Shown here: piece by piece, positions 49,097 through 63,716 of the stretch
How positions within the stretch are numbered: the first letter of the stretch is position 1
Layout: every line of letters begins with the position of its first letter
Assembly (NCBI RefSeq): GCF_009914755.1
Contig: NC_060925.1
Strand: one strand, 5' to 3'
DNA: 64,000 nucleotides
Source of the DNA: the human T2T-CHM13v2.0 reference genome, Homo sapiens
Notes under the pieces: generated by a model
Databases searched by the model: none
Seen by the model: the letters and a program-made list of their open reading frames with translations, nothing else
Told to the model about the DNA's origin: nothing
Translations under genes and position numbers: made by a program

Positions 49097-50600
49097 CATG
49101 AATCTAGAGATATTTTGCATATTTTATTCACCGCTGTATCCCTAGGCCCTAGATATGACCTGACATTTATTTAAGGTGCTCAATAAATATTTGTTTGATG
49201 AATGAATCAATCGAAAAAGGGCTATAACCTCCTATTAGGAGTGATCTCTGGGTATTGGCTCATGCTTGCCTTTTGGGATCATTTGCATGGATGTCATAAG
49301 TGCTAAAATCTTAAGCCACGAGAAATATGGAGCTTGTTTCCACCGCAGTGATTTTCTGTGAAATCACTACCCAAAGATTTTTCACGCTTTCCAAAAATAT
49401 TTTTTGAATGAACACATGTCATGGGTGGGGAAGTTTTCCTCTTATTGGGCAGATATTTATTTTCTTATTTCATGCAGATGCCCCTGTGATGTTAACTTAA
49501 CCCTACTACTGGGTTTTCCATTTTTTTGCATTTGAATCATACTCAAACCCATGCCAGAGAACAATGCAGTTCAGCTTTCTGATGACCATGTACAGTTTTT
49601 GCAAGGTGGTCTATCTTGTCCCTTTTTAAACTGAGGACTAATTTAGTATAAAAGATCATTTAGAGAACCTATTCCATCTATTCTAGCTTTGCCAGCATGC
49701 ACAGAAACACCCAATGCCACAAAATCACTGAAATGAGACTCACACACCAGGATTAAGGGAAGATGATGCTTTTGATGAAACATTAGTGAACAAATAGAAT
49801 TTTAGAATCAATGATAATCTCTGCCTCATTATGTAATTTAAGCCCCTTGATTTGTACCTGAGGAAACCAAAGCCCTGTGGAGCACAGAGTAAGGACGTAT
49901 AAGAACTGGAGTTAAGACTTATGCCCTCTGACTGACAGTAAATTCTTTCCATAGTACTGTCACAGCATGCCACAGGGAACAAGTGTCTTTTTATCTTTTA
50001 ATAACTGTATCGAATGCTTAAGGCCAGAAAGAAGAGTATAGATGTTAACAGATATTTGCACTGTACCAGCTCCCAGCCACCTGAAAGAGCTTGATGGGTC
50101 GGCATCAGTGAGTCTTGGAGAGTACATGAAGACCCGTTGCTCACAGGGTGTGAACTGGGAGTTGGAGGCAGTCTGGTGCAGGTGGAAAGGCATTGAACTG
50201 GGGTGGAGTGAGGAAGCTTAGGTTCTGATTCTGATCGAGCCATTGCCATGCTATATATATTTTACCTTGTTTAGTCCTAATTACCATCCTACTAGGTAGG
50301 GATGGTTATTCTTATTTTAGGAATGAGGAAACCGGGGCTTAGAAAGGTTAGGAAACTTTTTTAAATTAAGGTTATACAGGCTAATAAGTGGCAGAGCTTC
50401 ATTTGAACCCCAGCCTATATAATACTACCCAAAAGTTACTGCCCAGTTTCCCTCTCTGAGCCTCATTGAAAAGAAAATGTTTGGATGATCTCTGACATTC
50501 CTTCCAGGTCACAAATTCTACATTTGATCTTGTTTTTTTTGTTTTTTTTAGTGATGTTTGGCTTTGAAGATTTAGTCCACCCCCTTTCCTCCCTCGTTGT

Positions 50601-50692
50601 TGGTGAACTGATTGTTACACAACCAACCTCACCTCATTGTTGGTGAACTGATTGTTGGTGAACTGATTGTTATATATGGTGAACTGATTGTT
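50601..50692. repeat. Four copies of tggtgaactgattgtt with irregular spacing
   Basis: Copies at 50601, 50641, 50656, 50677. Confidence 0.9.
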
Positions 50693-50948
50693 ATATAGAT
50701 TTTCACACATCTGTCTCCCAGGATAGTGTGCTAAGAGGACCATTGGAGACTGTAGAAGTTTGTTTCTTTTAGGTGTTAAGCCTTGTTTCTCAGGGTACTA
50801 TGCTTTCACTAGCATCTTAAATAATTAGGTGACAGAGACTATTAACACTTTATTTTCACATAACACCAAGTAACTAAGAATTGCTATTATTTTGCCAATT
50901 AGCCCATGCAATCCTTAGCTCATAAACCAAACTATTATCTTCAGATAC

Positions 50949-51452
50949 ATATTAGTCTCGATTACCCAGAGAAACAGAACCAATTGGAGACCTATATCTA
51001 TATCTATACCTGTATCTTTCTATAACTATACATGTAGAAAGGGAGGGAGGGAGGGAGGGAACGATGGAGAAAGAAACTATAAGGAATTGGCTCATGTGGT
51101 TATGGAGGCTGAGAAGTCCTAGAATCTGCAGTTGGCAAGCTGGAGACTCAGGAGAGCTGATGTTGTAGTTCTAGTGCAACTCTGAAGGTCTGAGAACCAG
51201 TAGAGCTGATAGTGTAAGTTCTAGTCTGAGGAGAGGACTGAAGACAGAAGACTAATGTTCCAGCTCAAAGACAATGAATGAATTGGATGAGGCTCACCCA
51301 CATTGGGGTGGGCAATCTGCTTTACTCATTCTGCCAATTCAAATGTTAATCTTATCTAGAAACACTCTCACAGACATACTCAGAACAATGTTAAACCAAC
51401 TATCCGGATACCACATTGCCCAGCCAAGTTGACAAATAAGTTAACCATTACA
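50949..51452 (-). mobile_element. MLT2 (ERVL) LTR
   Basis: tattagtc...cagagaaacagaaccaat...ggaattggctcatgtggttatggaggctgagaagtcc...caagttgacaaataagttaaccattaca. Confidence 0.85.
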
Positions 51453-51561
51453 ATATACTAGAACTATTATGTTTTTACACTTCAAGAGGTGTTGAAGTGA
51501 CTCAGTCGATCTAAGGGGAAAAGGTGATATGCTATTAAAAATATAAACACAGATAAAAACT

Positions 51562-51965
51562 GTATGTTTTAGTTAGGGTAAGCTAACTGTTATAACAAAT
51601 AGACTCCAAAATTTCTACTGGCTTAATCATAAAAGAAGTTTATTTCTTGCTTGTTACAAAGTACTGATCAAGTTACCAGGTCAGCAGAGTCCCTGCTAAA
51701 AGAGGCCTCTTCATCTTTAATATGTAGCTTCTGAAGTCAGCCCAAATGTTGTCTTCATCTCAACCAGCTGGGAGGAGAAAAGAGCATGGAGAAGTGCCAC
51801 ATGGGAGGATTTTATGAGCTAGGCCAGGAATGGCCCAAGTCTTTTCTGTCACATTCTTTTGCATGGAACTCAGTCACATGGCTGCACCTAACTGTTTGGG
51901 GGCGGCTGAAAAATGTAGTCCCTGGCTGGGCAGCCCATATCCCAGCATGTCCACTGTACCCTGTA
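51562..51965. mobile_element. Old MLT1 (J/K-like) LTR
   Basis: tagttagggtaagctaactgttataacaaatagactcc...aactcagtcacatggctgcacctaactg. Confidence 0.65.
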
Positions 51966-53240
51966 TAAAGAATCAGAAGATCTGAATTCTGGAATTGGCT
52001 TTCCTATTAACTGGCTGGTGATCTTTTCTTGTCTGTAAAATGTAAAAGCTTGTTGATATCCCAAATACCTTCTTGCTCTAGAATTCTATGTCTCTGTTTT
52101 GCTCTTTAAAAGAAAATGTTCTGTGTGAAGACAGCTAGTTCTTTGCCTGGATGCAGTGAAGGTCCTGGTTCATGCAGCAAACTTTGTCTCATGTAGGACT
52201 TAATACTGGCAAATCAGGGAGCCAAGTCTGGGGGCTCTTTTGATCCTGTACTGGATAAATTATTATTCACTGGGCATAGTAAGCATTGATTCATGGGTGG
52301 CAGTTTACTGTATTTTAGGGGTCTTCTAAGTGGTGTGTGCCCCTGGCCCACATGAAGATTTTTCCAAAGGGTTAGGTGTTACAGCCAGCATTTTTAGAGG
52401 ATCAGTTATCTTTAATTTTTATATGTACCTACTCCTAAACTGATCAAAGAACATCTGCAATGAAAGAATTTTGTTAGTTCTTCTTTCCCACCTCTTTCAC
52501 AGTTGCCCTTCTCTACCTTTACAAATGAAAGTCTACTGCTTACTCAGCCTGCATCTTGCATAGTTCATTGTTCCAAGTGTAGAAACCTCTAGGGCACCAA
52601 AGTGATTTTTTAAAATATGTGTCACTTATATTCAAGATATTAAACATACTTTCTCCATCTGGCACATTAAAGAGTATATTTATAATAAAAGTTTTGCTTT
52701 TTATGTTTAGTAATAATTTATGAAAAGTATATGTATTTATGTTGTTTTGATCAATTATGTACCACTCATAATTGAGAATACAGCTCAGTAAAACATTATT
52801 TAACTTATAGCCTGATAGTGACAGAAACTTAAAAAATATTTTTTATTTATATTTGGTACTTTTAAATTTAAAACTATTTTGCCCTAAGAGAAAATTCTAT
52901 AGCAAAGGTGAAACAGAAATACAATTTCAAGAAGCTAAAGGAGTGACTGTGTGTACTCGGGTGATGATTGAGATAGATTCCGCCCTTGTGGCTGATAAAC
53001 TAGTGGAGGAGGCATAAACAAGTAAATTAGCAAAAGTGCAAGATAATTTTAGACCATGATAAATGCTATGAAGAAGGTAAGCAGGAGGGTGGTCAAAGAA
53101 AGCCTCTCAGAGGAAGTGGCATTTGGTATGAGCACAGAAGAGGTCTTCTCTCCTCTTGAGCAAATACATCCTCTCAGGTTGGGGCATGGATATGGTGGAA
53201 GGGAAGCAGAGCTTATTTCTGTTAAAAAGAGCTTGTTCAT

Positions 53241-53524
<284 letters not shown>

Positions 53525-53871
53525 GAGAGAGAGAGAGAGCTTGTTTATGTATATTTTAAATGGATGCTGATGGAGATCAAATTGCTTTGGTATTTATATT
53601 CCCACTGGATACATTTAAAGGAATGACATAAGTTTGTGATATTTAAACTATTTCAATAGTCACCATACACTAGAAATTATATCATTTGCAAATATTTAAA
53701 CTTACAATGAAAACTTTTTCATATCAACCTAAAATGAACAAGTGGTAAATAGTTTATTAAAATGTTTTTGGGGATACATGAGCAAAGGACTTTCAAAACC
53801 ACTGGCATAGTAGCTTAGAATATGGGCTTTGAGTTTAGGCTGCTTAAGTTGGAATCCTGGATCCACTACTA

Positions 53872-54230
<359 letters not shown>

Positions 54231-54898
54231 AAAAGCACCTAAGAAGGAGGAAATTTGAAGTTTACATGAGATAATGCATGTCAAGTGCTAATCTCACAAT
54301 AAGGGCTGAACAATGTTTTCTATATTATCAACATTATAACTTTGCTCTCAACTGTATAGTGCTGATTGAACTCTATTATCTTTCATATGGTTGCAGAGCA
54401 GGCTGAAAGGTAAATTGTGAAATCTAGCCCTTTGCTGAACTGGAGTAGCACTTAGGGGCAAACTACACTATTCATTTCATTCTTTCCTACTTGCTTTATG
54501 TGTTATTGATTGATATTCATTCATTCATTGATAGTCCAAGTTGAGTATGTTTTGAGACACTTACTGAGCAGTCCTGCACCTTGACTACAGTGTGGTCTCT
54601 TCTCCTCCTTGTAGTTCATTGAAGTCATTCCAAGGAAATTACAGATTTTCCTTCTCTCCCTGTGCACGTGTACCTCTAGAGTGTAGGGAGATGCAATCTT
54701 GAGAAGAGTACTTGGTTTCTCCCTGAGGACAAGCTGATGGCACTGGCTCTGTCTCCTGATGTCCTTGCTGTGGCTTCCTCCTTTGTTCTGCTAAGGCCTT
54801 AGGGCCTTTGTGTGACACAGCTGGGGATTACTAGGAAGAAGTAAATATTTGCAAAGGGTGTTCTGTAGAATGTTAAAAAAAAATAGAAAAAAATTAAA

Positions 54899-55199
<301 letters not shown>

Positions 55200-55939
55200 T
55201 TGCAAAGGAAAGGGGACCTTGGGAGCAAGTTAACATGGTCTGGTGAGGTGAAGAGAAAAGCTGAATGAAGGTGGCATTAGAAGGAGAGAGGATTTAAAAT
55301 TATTGAGGGAAGTATGATTAAAGAAACTGGAAGATGAAGGTAAAGGATGGTAGAAAAATTAGCGTTAAAAAAATAGAGTCTGCCAAAAGCAAAAGTAAGG
55401 ATTCACTAAGATACATAGCAGAAGGAAAATTGTGAAATGAAGTAAAGGAAAAATACAACTGATGAATCACCAGGGAGTTATAGCAAGGCCTTAAAAATCA
55501 TTAATGGAAAGTTTAATGCCAAAATATTAGAGTAAAAAGATAGCTTGAAAGTACACAGCTTGTCTGTGCCTGGCTCCTAAAAAACACCACAGAACGGCCA
55601 ATCCTTTGCCTCTGGCACCCACACAGCATGCATGCCCTGAAGTGAAATCTTTCATACCGTCCCTATACTCCCTCTTCACACACAAGCTTTGTTACCATTC
55701 TTTTTATTTCATTCCCACTGGTCCAAAACTGTATATGCAACCTATAAGAACTGACCCAGCGGTGCTGCCAATGTGCAAAGACCTGCATCCATGGGCTGCC
55801 TACTTCTGGCAAAGGATCAGTTTGCTTAAGTTGTCCACTTCCCTTGTCATACTACTGACTTGTCAATATTACAAGTGTTTATTGACAGTCTTCCTTCTTT
55901 CAGCTGAAGGCCTTTCAAGTTAGGGACTGTGGCTCTTTT

Positions 55940-57480
55940 GCTTATTGTAGTAGTCCTGGAACCTAATGTGTGGAGAATGGATTAGATGGGGAGAGAGTAG
56001 GAGTTTACCTACTACCAGGGTAAGAAGTAGTTTTGGTGAGTTAAGGGTGACTTGGTTTAGGGAGTTGGAAGCTGCGGCATAGGAAAATGTCTGTTTGAGA
56101 CTTTTAGGAGATATGTTTTGATGAAAGAAAAGGACTTGGTAATTGATTGGATGTGGGTACTGAGCAAGGGAAAGTGTCAAGGATGACTTGGAGAGAGCTC
56201 TGATTGGGTGGTGGTATAATTGAGTATAACAGAGAACACTGGACGAGGATCAAGTTTGCGAGGGAAATAAAAAACCCCTGAGATATCCTGGTGGAAATGT
56301 TGAGTTGGCAGTTGGATGTATGGAGCTGAAAGTGATGTCCTTTCACTCCCATTTCTCTAGACTTGACTTACTTCCTGATCCCAGATCTCTGTTTCCAACC
56401 AATTATTGAACATATTATCTGGAAAAACCACAGGCTGCTCATTCTCAGCATGACTAAAACTCACCTAATCATATTCCTCTGTGTAGCCTGGTTTCCTTCT
56501 TAAAATCTTAATCATTCAGTGGGAATTTTATTTTCCTGTTTCCTCTGTCTCTACCTGACCTGCAAATCCATTCCACCCTTGTCATGTAAGTCTTTTTGAT
56601 CTATACGTCTAACTCTTATTTTCATTTCCACTGCCATTGTTCCACTCCCACTGCCTGATGCTCATTTTACCCCTGCCTATTATAATAGCTTCCAAATTTG
56701 TCTCCCTGAAACTGTGATTTCTTAACTTCAAGCACACGTCCTTATTCACACTGGGTGCAATCTTTCAAAGGCTCAATAGTAAGTATGAGTTTTAACCCCA
56801 CAGTATGTTAGAAAACGCCTTTCCCCTTCTGTCCTCTGCATACCTCACCAATCTTGTCTTCTTTGCTCAACCAATCTGTAATCAGATCTTTGGATAACCT
56901 GCTATTATACAAATGCGCACTCTAATTTAGGCACCCTTGTGCCTGTTGTTTCCTCTCTTCAGGATGAAGTTTCTTCACCTTTGGCCACCTTGGATACTGT
57001 TTTCTTAGCTTGGAATGTGTTTTCCTCACTTCATTCAAAGGACCAGCTTAAACATCACCTCCTCATAGAGACCTACACTGTGCCTGTGTCTTGGTTTAGC
57101 TCCCTTGCCTACTTTTACTTTAAGACACTTATCACAATGATGATGGTATTATTTATGTGATCATTTATGTAATGACTATCTCTGTCACTAGATTAAAGAC
57201 CTCATAGGGTCAGGGTCTGTGACTATTTCATTCACCATTGTGATTCAGCATCTGTGGATTGCAGTTGCAAGCATGGATAGGGATGAAATTAGTCAAAGAG
57301 AAAATTTGGAGTGAGGAAAGAAAGTCAAGACAGAACACTAGGGAATACCAATATTTATGGAGCTGGACATGAAGGCAGATCCCACAGAGAAGTCTGTGGA
57401 GGAGCACTGGAGAAGGTAAGAGAACAGGGCAGAACAGTGTCATGGAAGTCAATGATGGAGAGGATTCCAAGAAGAAGGAG
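55940..57480. mobile_element. L2 relics in alternating orientations
   Basis: ggaaatgttgagttggcagttggatgtatggagctg; ccagatctctgtttccaac; cactagattaaagacctcatagggtcaggg. Confidence 0.65.
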
Positions 57481-57519
57481 AGAACACTTAATAGTCTGGG
57501 ACCAAAAAAAAAAAAAAAG

Positions 57520-58505
57520 ATAAATGAACTTGAAGGCATAGCAATAGAACCTATCCAAAATGAAGCTTACACACAGAGATAAAAAAGACCAAGAAAAATA
57601 AGAGAGACCTGGAGGCAATAACATGTTGACTGACATATGTAAATGGGAGGCTTCAGAAGAGAAGAGAGTAAAAGAGAACAGAGATAATATTTAAAGAAAT
57701 AATGACCAAACATCTTTCATATTTTATGAAAGGTATAAACTCACAGAGCTAAGAAACTCGGAACATGAAGCAAGATACCTACTAGGGAAACCACACCAAG
57801 AACTTCATTATCAAATTACAGCAAGTTACTAATTCTGACAAAAATCTTAAAATTAGAGAAAAAAGGGCACATTCCATACAGGGAACAACATAAAAATAAT
57901 TACAACAGAGTTTTCAGAAACTATGCATGTCAGAAGACAATGGAGTAACATCTTTAAAATGCTGGAACAAATTTTGTCAATCTAAAATTCTAGACCCAGA
58001 GAAAACACCTTTCAAACATGAAACATGTCTTTCCTTAGACAAAGAAAAGTTGTGAGAGTTGGGCAGCACACCTGCAGTACAAGGCTTGTTAAAGGAAGTT
58101 CTTCAGGCAGAAGGAAAATGATACCTGATGATAATGTGGATCTACACAAAAGAATAAAGAGCTCTGAAAGTGATAAATATGTGGGTAAACTAATTTCATC
58201 ATTTAAAAAATTTTAAAAAGGCAACAGTAGACTGCTTAAAACAACAAACAGCAGCAACAATATATTGGGGGAATTCATGACATGAGAAAGTAAAATACAT
58301 GACAACAATAGCACAAAGGGCATTGGGGGGGAAATGGAAGCACACCAATGCAAAATTCTTGTATTTTATGTAAAATATTGTAATGTTTTTCCAAGGTAGA
58401 CAAATAAGATAAAGATGCGTATTAAAAGCCCTAGATGAATCATTAAAAAATAAAGTATAGCCAATAAACCAATAGTATTGAGAAAATGGAATTTAAAAAT
58501 ACTCA
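57520..58505 (+). mobile_element. Old L1M ORF1/inter-ORF remnant
   Basis: tttaaagaaataatgaccaaacatc; cagaagacaatggagtaacatctttaaaatgctg; aaggaagttcttcaggcagaagg. Confidence 0.75.
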
Positions 58506-58509
58506 GCTA

Positions 58510-60538
58510 GCAGGAGGCAGAGCAAGATGGCTGAATAGAAGCCTTCAACCAATTGTCCTCCTTGCGGGAACACCAAATTTAACAACTATCTACCCACATA
58601 AAAAAACACCTTCGTAAGGACTGAAAATCAGTTGAGTGACCACTGTACCTGGTTTTAACTTCATGTCACTGAAAGAGGCACTGAAGAGGATAGGAAAAAC
58701 AGTCTTGATTTGTCAGTGCCATCCCTCTCTGGTTCCCTGGCAGTGGCCGCATAGCAAAGAGAATCTGTGCTCTTGCGGGAGGGAGAGTACAGTGACTGTG
58801 GGACCTTGCATTGGAACTCAGTGCTGCTCTGTCACAGTGGAAACAATACTGGGCAGAACTCAGCCAGTGCACGTGGAGGAAGCATTTAGACCAGCCCTAG
58901 CCAGCGGGGCTTTATCCATCCTAGCAGTGGGAACTTGAGTTCTGGCAAGCCTCACCACCACAGGCTAAAGTGCTCTGGGGTTCTAAATAAACTTGAAAGG
59001 CAATCTAGGCCATAAGGACTGCAACTCCTAGGCAATCCTAGTGCTGGGCTCAGAGCCAGTGGATTTTGAGGGCATGCAACCTAGAGAGACACCAGCTGGA
59101 ATGGCCAAGAGAGTGCTTATGCCACTCCTTCCCCAAACCCACGCAGTGCAGCTCACAGCTCCAAAAAAGACTCCTTCTTTCTGCTGGAAGAAAGGAGAGG
59201 GAAGAGTAAAGAGGACTTTGTCTTGCAACTTGGATACCAGCTCAGTCACAGTAGGATAGGGCATTAGGCAGAGTTATGAAGCCCCTATCCCAGGCCCTAG
59301 CTCCCAGATAACATTACTAGACACACCCTGGGCCAGAAGCAAACTCATTGCCTTGAAGGGAAGAGCCCAGTCCTGGCAAGATTCATCATTTGCTAGCAAA
59401 AGAGCTCTTGAACCCAAAATAATCAGCAGTGGTAGGTGGGTAGTACATGCCATGGGTCTTGGGTGAGACTCTGAGATGTGCTGGCTTCAGGTGTGACACA
59501 GCACATTCCCAGCTGTGGTGGCTATGAGGAGAGACTGTTTCTGCTTGAGAAAAGCAGAGGGAAGAGTAAAGGAGACTTCATCTTGCAGCTTAGGTACCAG
59601 CTCAGCCACAGCAGGGTAGAGCACTAAGTGGGCTCTTGGGGTCCCCAGTTCCAAGCCCTGGCTCTTGGACAGCATTTCTGGACGTCCCCTAGGCCAGAGG
59701 GGAGCCCACTTCCCTGACATATGAGTCCTAAGCCTGGCAACATTCACCACAAGCTGACTGGAGATCCCTTGGGCCTTAAGTGAACATCAGCAGTAGCCTG
59801 GCAGTACTCCTCACAGGCCTGTAGCAGTGGTCACCATGAAGAGAGACTCCTCTGCTTGTGGAAGGGGGAGGGAGGAGTATGAGGGACTTTATATTGTAGT
59901 TTGGGTGTCAGCACAGCAGCAGTAGAATAGAGCACCAGGGAGATTCCTAAGATTTCCAACTCTAGGCCCTGGCTCCTGGATGGTATCTCTGGACCTGCCT
60001 GGGGCCTGGGGGGAGCTTGCCATCCTTAAGCGAAGGACATGAGCATGGCTGTTTTCACCATCTGCTAATTATAGAACCTTAGGGCCTTGAGTGAACACAG
60101 GCAGTAGGCAGATAGTGGTTATAGCAGGCTTTGAGCGAGGCCCAGAGCTCTGCTGGCTTCAGGTCTAACCTAGCACAGTCCCAGTGGTAGTGGCCACAGG
60201 GGTGGTTGTGTCATCTCTCCCCCAGCTCTAGGCACCACAACACACACACACACACACACACGGAGGGAAGAGGAGGAGGAGGAGAGAGAAAGAAACGGAC
60301 TCTGTTTCTTTGGGAGAAAGTAAGGGAAAAGAATAAGAGTCTCTACCTGGTAATCTGGAGAATTCTTCCAAATCTTATCCAAGATCATCAAGGCGGTACC
60401 TCTATAAGTCTGCAAGAGCCACAGTGTTACTGAGCTCGAGGTGTCCCCCTAATGCAGATACAGCTGCAGTGACCAAAAACTCAGATGACAATATCCAAGT
60501 TCCTTTGAATACCTGGTAAGCTTTCCCAGGAAGGATGG
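58510..60538 (+). mobile_element. L1 long 5'UTR (L1PB/L1MA-type) with internal repeats, body missing
   Basis: Starts ggaggcagagcaagatggctgaatagaagcc; repeated unit gagggaagagtaaag-gactt..tcttgca.ctt.g.taccagctcag at ~59200, ~59560, ~59870. Confidence 0.8.
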
Positions 60539-60718
60539 TGTATTAGTCTGTTCTCACACTGCTATAAAGAACTGCCCAAGACTCAGTAATTTATAAAGGA
60601 AAGAGGTTTAATTGACGGTTCTGCATGTCTTGGGAGGCCTCAGGAAACTTACAATCATGGCAGAAGGGGAGGCAAATGCATCCTTCACATGATGGCAGGA
60701 AGAATTGCTGAGCCAAGG
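60539..60718 (-). mobile_element. Half THE1D-type LTR
   Basis: tgtattagtctgttctcacactgctataaagaactgcccaagact...gctgagccaagg, then abrupt end. Confidence 0.85.
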
Positions 60719-62011
60719 CTGAACTTTTAAAAACCCAATTATGTGTAGTCTATAAAAATTTATTTAAATAAAAATACACAAAAGAGAAAAGCTGGGAAAA
60801 GATAAAGCTGTTTTAGTTATATTAATAGCCAAAAAAAATAAGAACTATTACCAGGGATAAAGAGGAATATTTCACAATGATGGAGTCAATGAATCAATAA
60901 GGCATAACATTCCTAAATGTGTATTCACCTAATAACTAAACCTCAAAATTCATTAAGCACTTGACAGATCTGGAAAGATAAAAAGATAAATCTACAATTA
61001 TAATTGCAAATTTCACCACTCCTTTTAGTAATTAATAGAACAAGTCAACAAATAGAAATATGGAAGAATTAAACTAATCATCAACTTGAACTAATTGACA
61101 TTTTTAAGAACATGTCACTTAACAAATGCAAAATATACATTCTTTTCTAGTGCAGTGGAGCATTTACCAAGATAGACCACATGCTTAGCCATTAAACAAG
61201 TCTCCAGAAATTTAAAAGGATTGATATGATATAGAGTATGTTTTCTGACTACAAGGGAATAAATTAGAAATAAGCAATAGAAAGATACATAGAAAATCTC
61301 AAAATACTTGGAAATTAAATAGCATACATTGAAGTAATTAATGGTTTAAAGATGAAATAAAAAGGAAAGTAGAAAATATTTGGGGGTAAATGAAAAGAAG
61401 ACACACATATCAAAATTTGTGAAATGCAGCCTAAAGGGAAATTTATAGGCTTAAAATCTTAATTAGAAAAGAAGAAAACTCTATAAGCAACAGGCCAAGC
61501 TTCCATCATAAGCTAGAAATATAAGAGCAAATTAAACCCCAAACTAGTAGGAAACAAATAGTAAAGAAGAGAAATAAATGAAATAGAGAAACAGTGAAGA
61601 ACAATGAAATCAAAATCTGATTCTTTGAAAGATCAGTATAATAGATAAACTGCTGGCTATATTGATCAAAAAAACAAAAAGGATGACAAATATTACCAAT
61701 ATAGATAATGAAAAAGGGGACATCTCTAAGATTCTTTATATACTAAATGTCTATAATTAAGGGAATATTATAAAAAAACTTGATGTTAATAAATTAAACA
61801 ACCTTGATGAAATGGACAAATTCCTTGAAAGACACAATCAAAACTAACTCAAGAATCAACAGAAAACCTGAATATCAATTAAGCACATTAATTTGTAATT
61901 AGAAATCTTTCCATAAAAAAATGTATAGGCCCAGATTTATTACCTGGTCAATTCTATTACCGGGTCAGTTTATTACCTAGTCAATTCTATCAGACATTCA
62001 AGGTAGAAATA

Positions 62012-62238
62012 TAAGTGACAATCCCTTATCCAAAACGCTTGGGACCAGAAGGACTTTAGATTTTTGATTTTGGAATGCTTCCATTATACTTACCAGTGGA
62101 GCATCCCAAATCCAAAAATTTGAAGTCTGAAATGCTCCAATGAGCATGTTCTGTGAGCACCATGTTGTTACTCAAAAAGTTTTAGATTTTGAAGCATTTC
62201 CTATTGCTGATTTTTGGATTTGGAATGTTCAACCTATA
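62012..62238. mobile_element. MER46/Tigger4-type MITE
   Basis: atcccttatccaaaacgcttgggaccagaag...gatttttggatttggaatgttcaacctata. Confidence 0.75.
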
Positions 62239-63145
62239 CCACTATATGAATTTGTTTTGAAAATATAGGAGAAATACTTTTATTTTATATGGTCAGCACT
62301 TTTCTGATCTCAAAACCAGACCAAAAATATTGCAAATAAAGACAACTACAGAATAAAATTACTTATGAACATGGACCAACAATATTCAACAAAAGATGTG
62401 CAAACTGAAAATGAAATATATAAAAAACGTAATACATGATAATCAAATAATGTTTATCCTAGGAATACAAGGTTGCTTAACATTACAAAATTAATGAATG
62501 TAGTTCATCTTATTGTCATAATGGGACAAAAACCATATCATCATTTCAATAAATGCAGAAAAGCCACTTGATAAAATTAACATCCATTACATATTATCAT
62601 ATTGTACCATAATCATCTTCCAGTAAACTAAGAATAGAAAGGAACCTCCTCAATCTCATAAAAGGCTGATGATGACACATTTCTATGAATATACTAAAAA
62701 CTACCAAATTTTACACTTTAAGTGTTTGAATTTTATGGTATGTGAATTATTAAACTGTTTTTTTTAAAAAACCTGTTGCTGACTTAGTATTTAACCTGAA
62801 TGCTTTTGCCCTAAGATCAAGTAGACAAGGATGGTCACTCTCTCCACTTTTCAACATTCTATTGAAGACTCTTGCCAGTGCAGTAAGACGAGGAAGAAAA
62901 ATAAGAGGCACATAGGTTAGAGAGCTACAAGTAAAACTGTCTTTATTCACAGATGACATGATCAAGCATGCAGCAAACAGCAAATCTTCATGAATCTACC
63001 AAAAACTAGTAGAACTAGTAAGTGATTTTAGTAAGATTTCAGGATGCAAAATTAATTGCATTTCTATATATTAGCAATAAACAGATGGAAATTTTAAAAA
63101 GGACAATATTATTTGCAATAGCATCTCAAAGCATGAAATACGTGA

Positions 63146-63716
63146 GTATGATGATTAATTTTGTGTATTAGCTTGACTGGGCTATAGGGTGCCCAGGTGT
63201 TTGGTTAAACATTACTTTTGGGTATGTCTATGAAAGTATTTCTAGATGAGATTAACATTTGAATGGGTAGACTGAGTAAAACAGGTTGCCTTCCCCAGTG
63301 TATATGGGCCTCATCTAATCCAATTCATTGGGAGCCTGAATAGAACAAAAAGCAGGGAAAGGGAGAATTTCCTCTCTCTGTTTTTAAGCTGGGACATTGG
63401 TCTCCTGCAGTCAGACTGGAACTTATACCATTGGCTCCTAGGTCTTTGGACTTGAACTGGAACGTATATCATCAGTTCTACTGATTCTCAAGCCTTTGGA
63501 CTTGGAGTAGAATTTACATTGTTGGTTCTTCTGGTTCTTAGGTGTAAGGACTTGAACTGGAAGTTCACCATCAGCTCTCCTGTGTTTCCAGCTTGCAGAT
63601 GGCAGATGGTCTGACTTCTCAGCCTCCATAATTACATTAGCCAATTCCATACATATATAGCCAATTTATATACATATATAGTTGGTTCTGCTCCTCTGGA
63701 GAACCCTGACCACTCC
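63146..63716 (+). mobile_element. MLT2 (ERVL) LTR
   Basis: tgatgattaattttgtgtattagcttgactgggctatagggtgcccag...ttggttctgctcctctggagaaccctgac. Confidence 0.85.

Noticed and set aside
50601-50692. CRISPR-like repeat-spacer array
   Set aside because: Eukaryotic context, 16-bp repeats, and spacers of 0-24 nt that are irregular.
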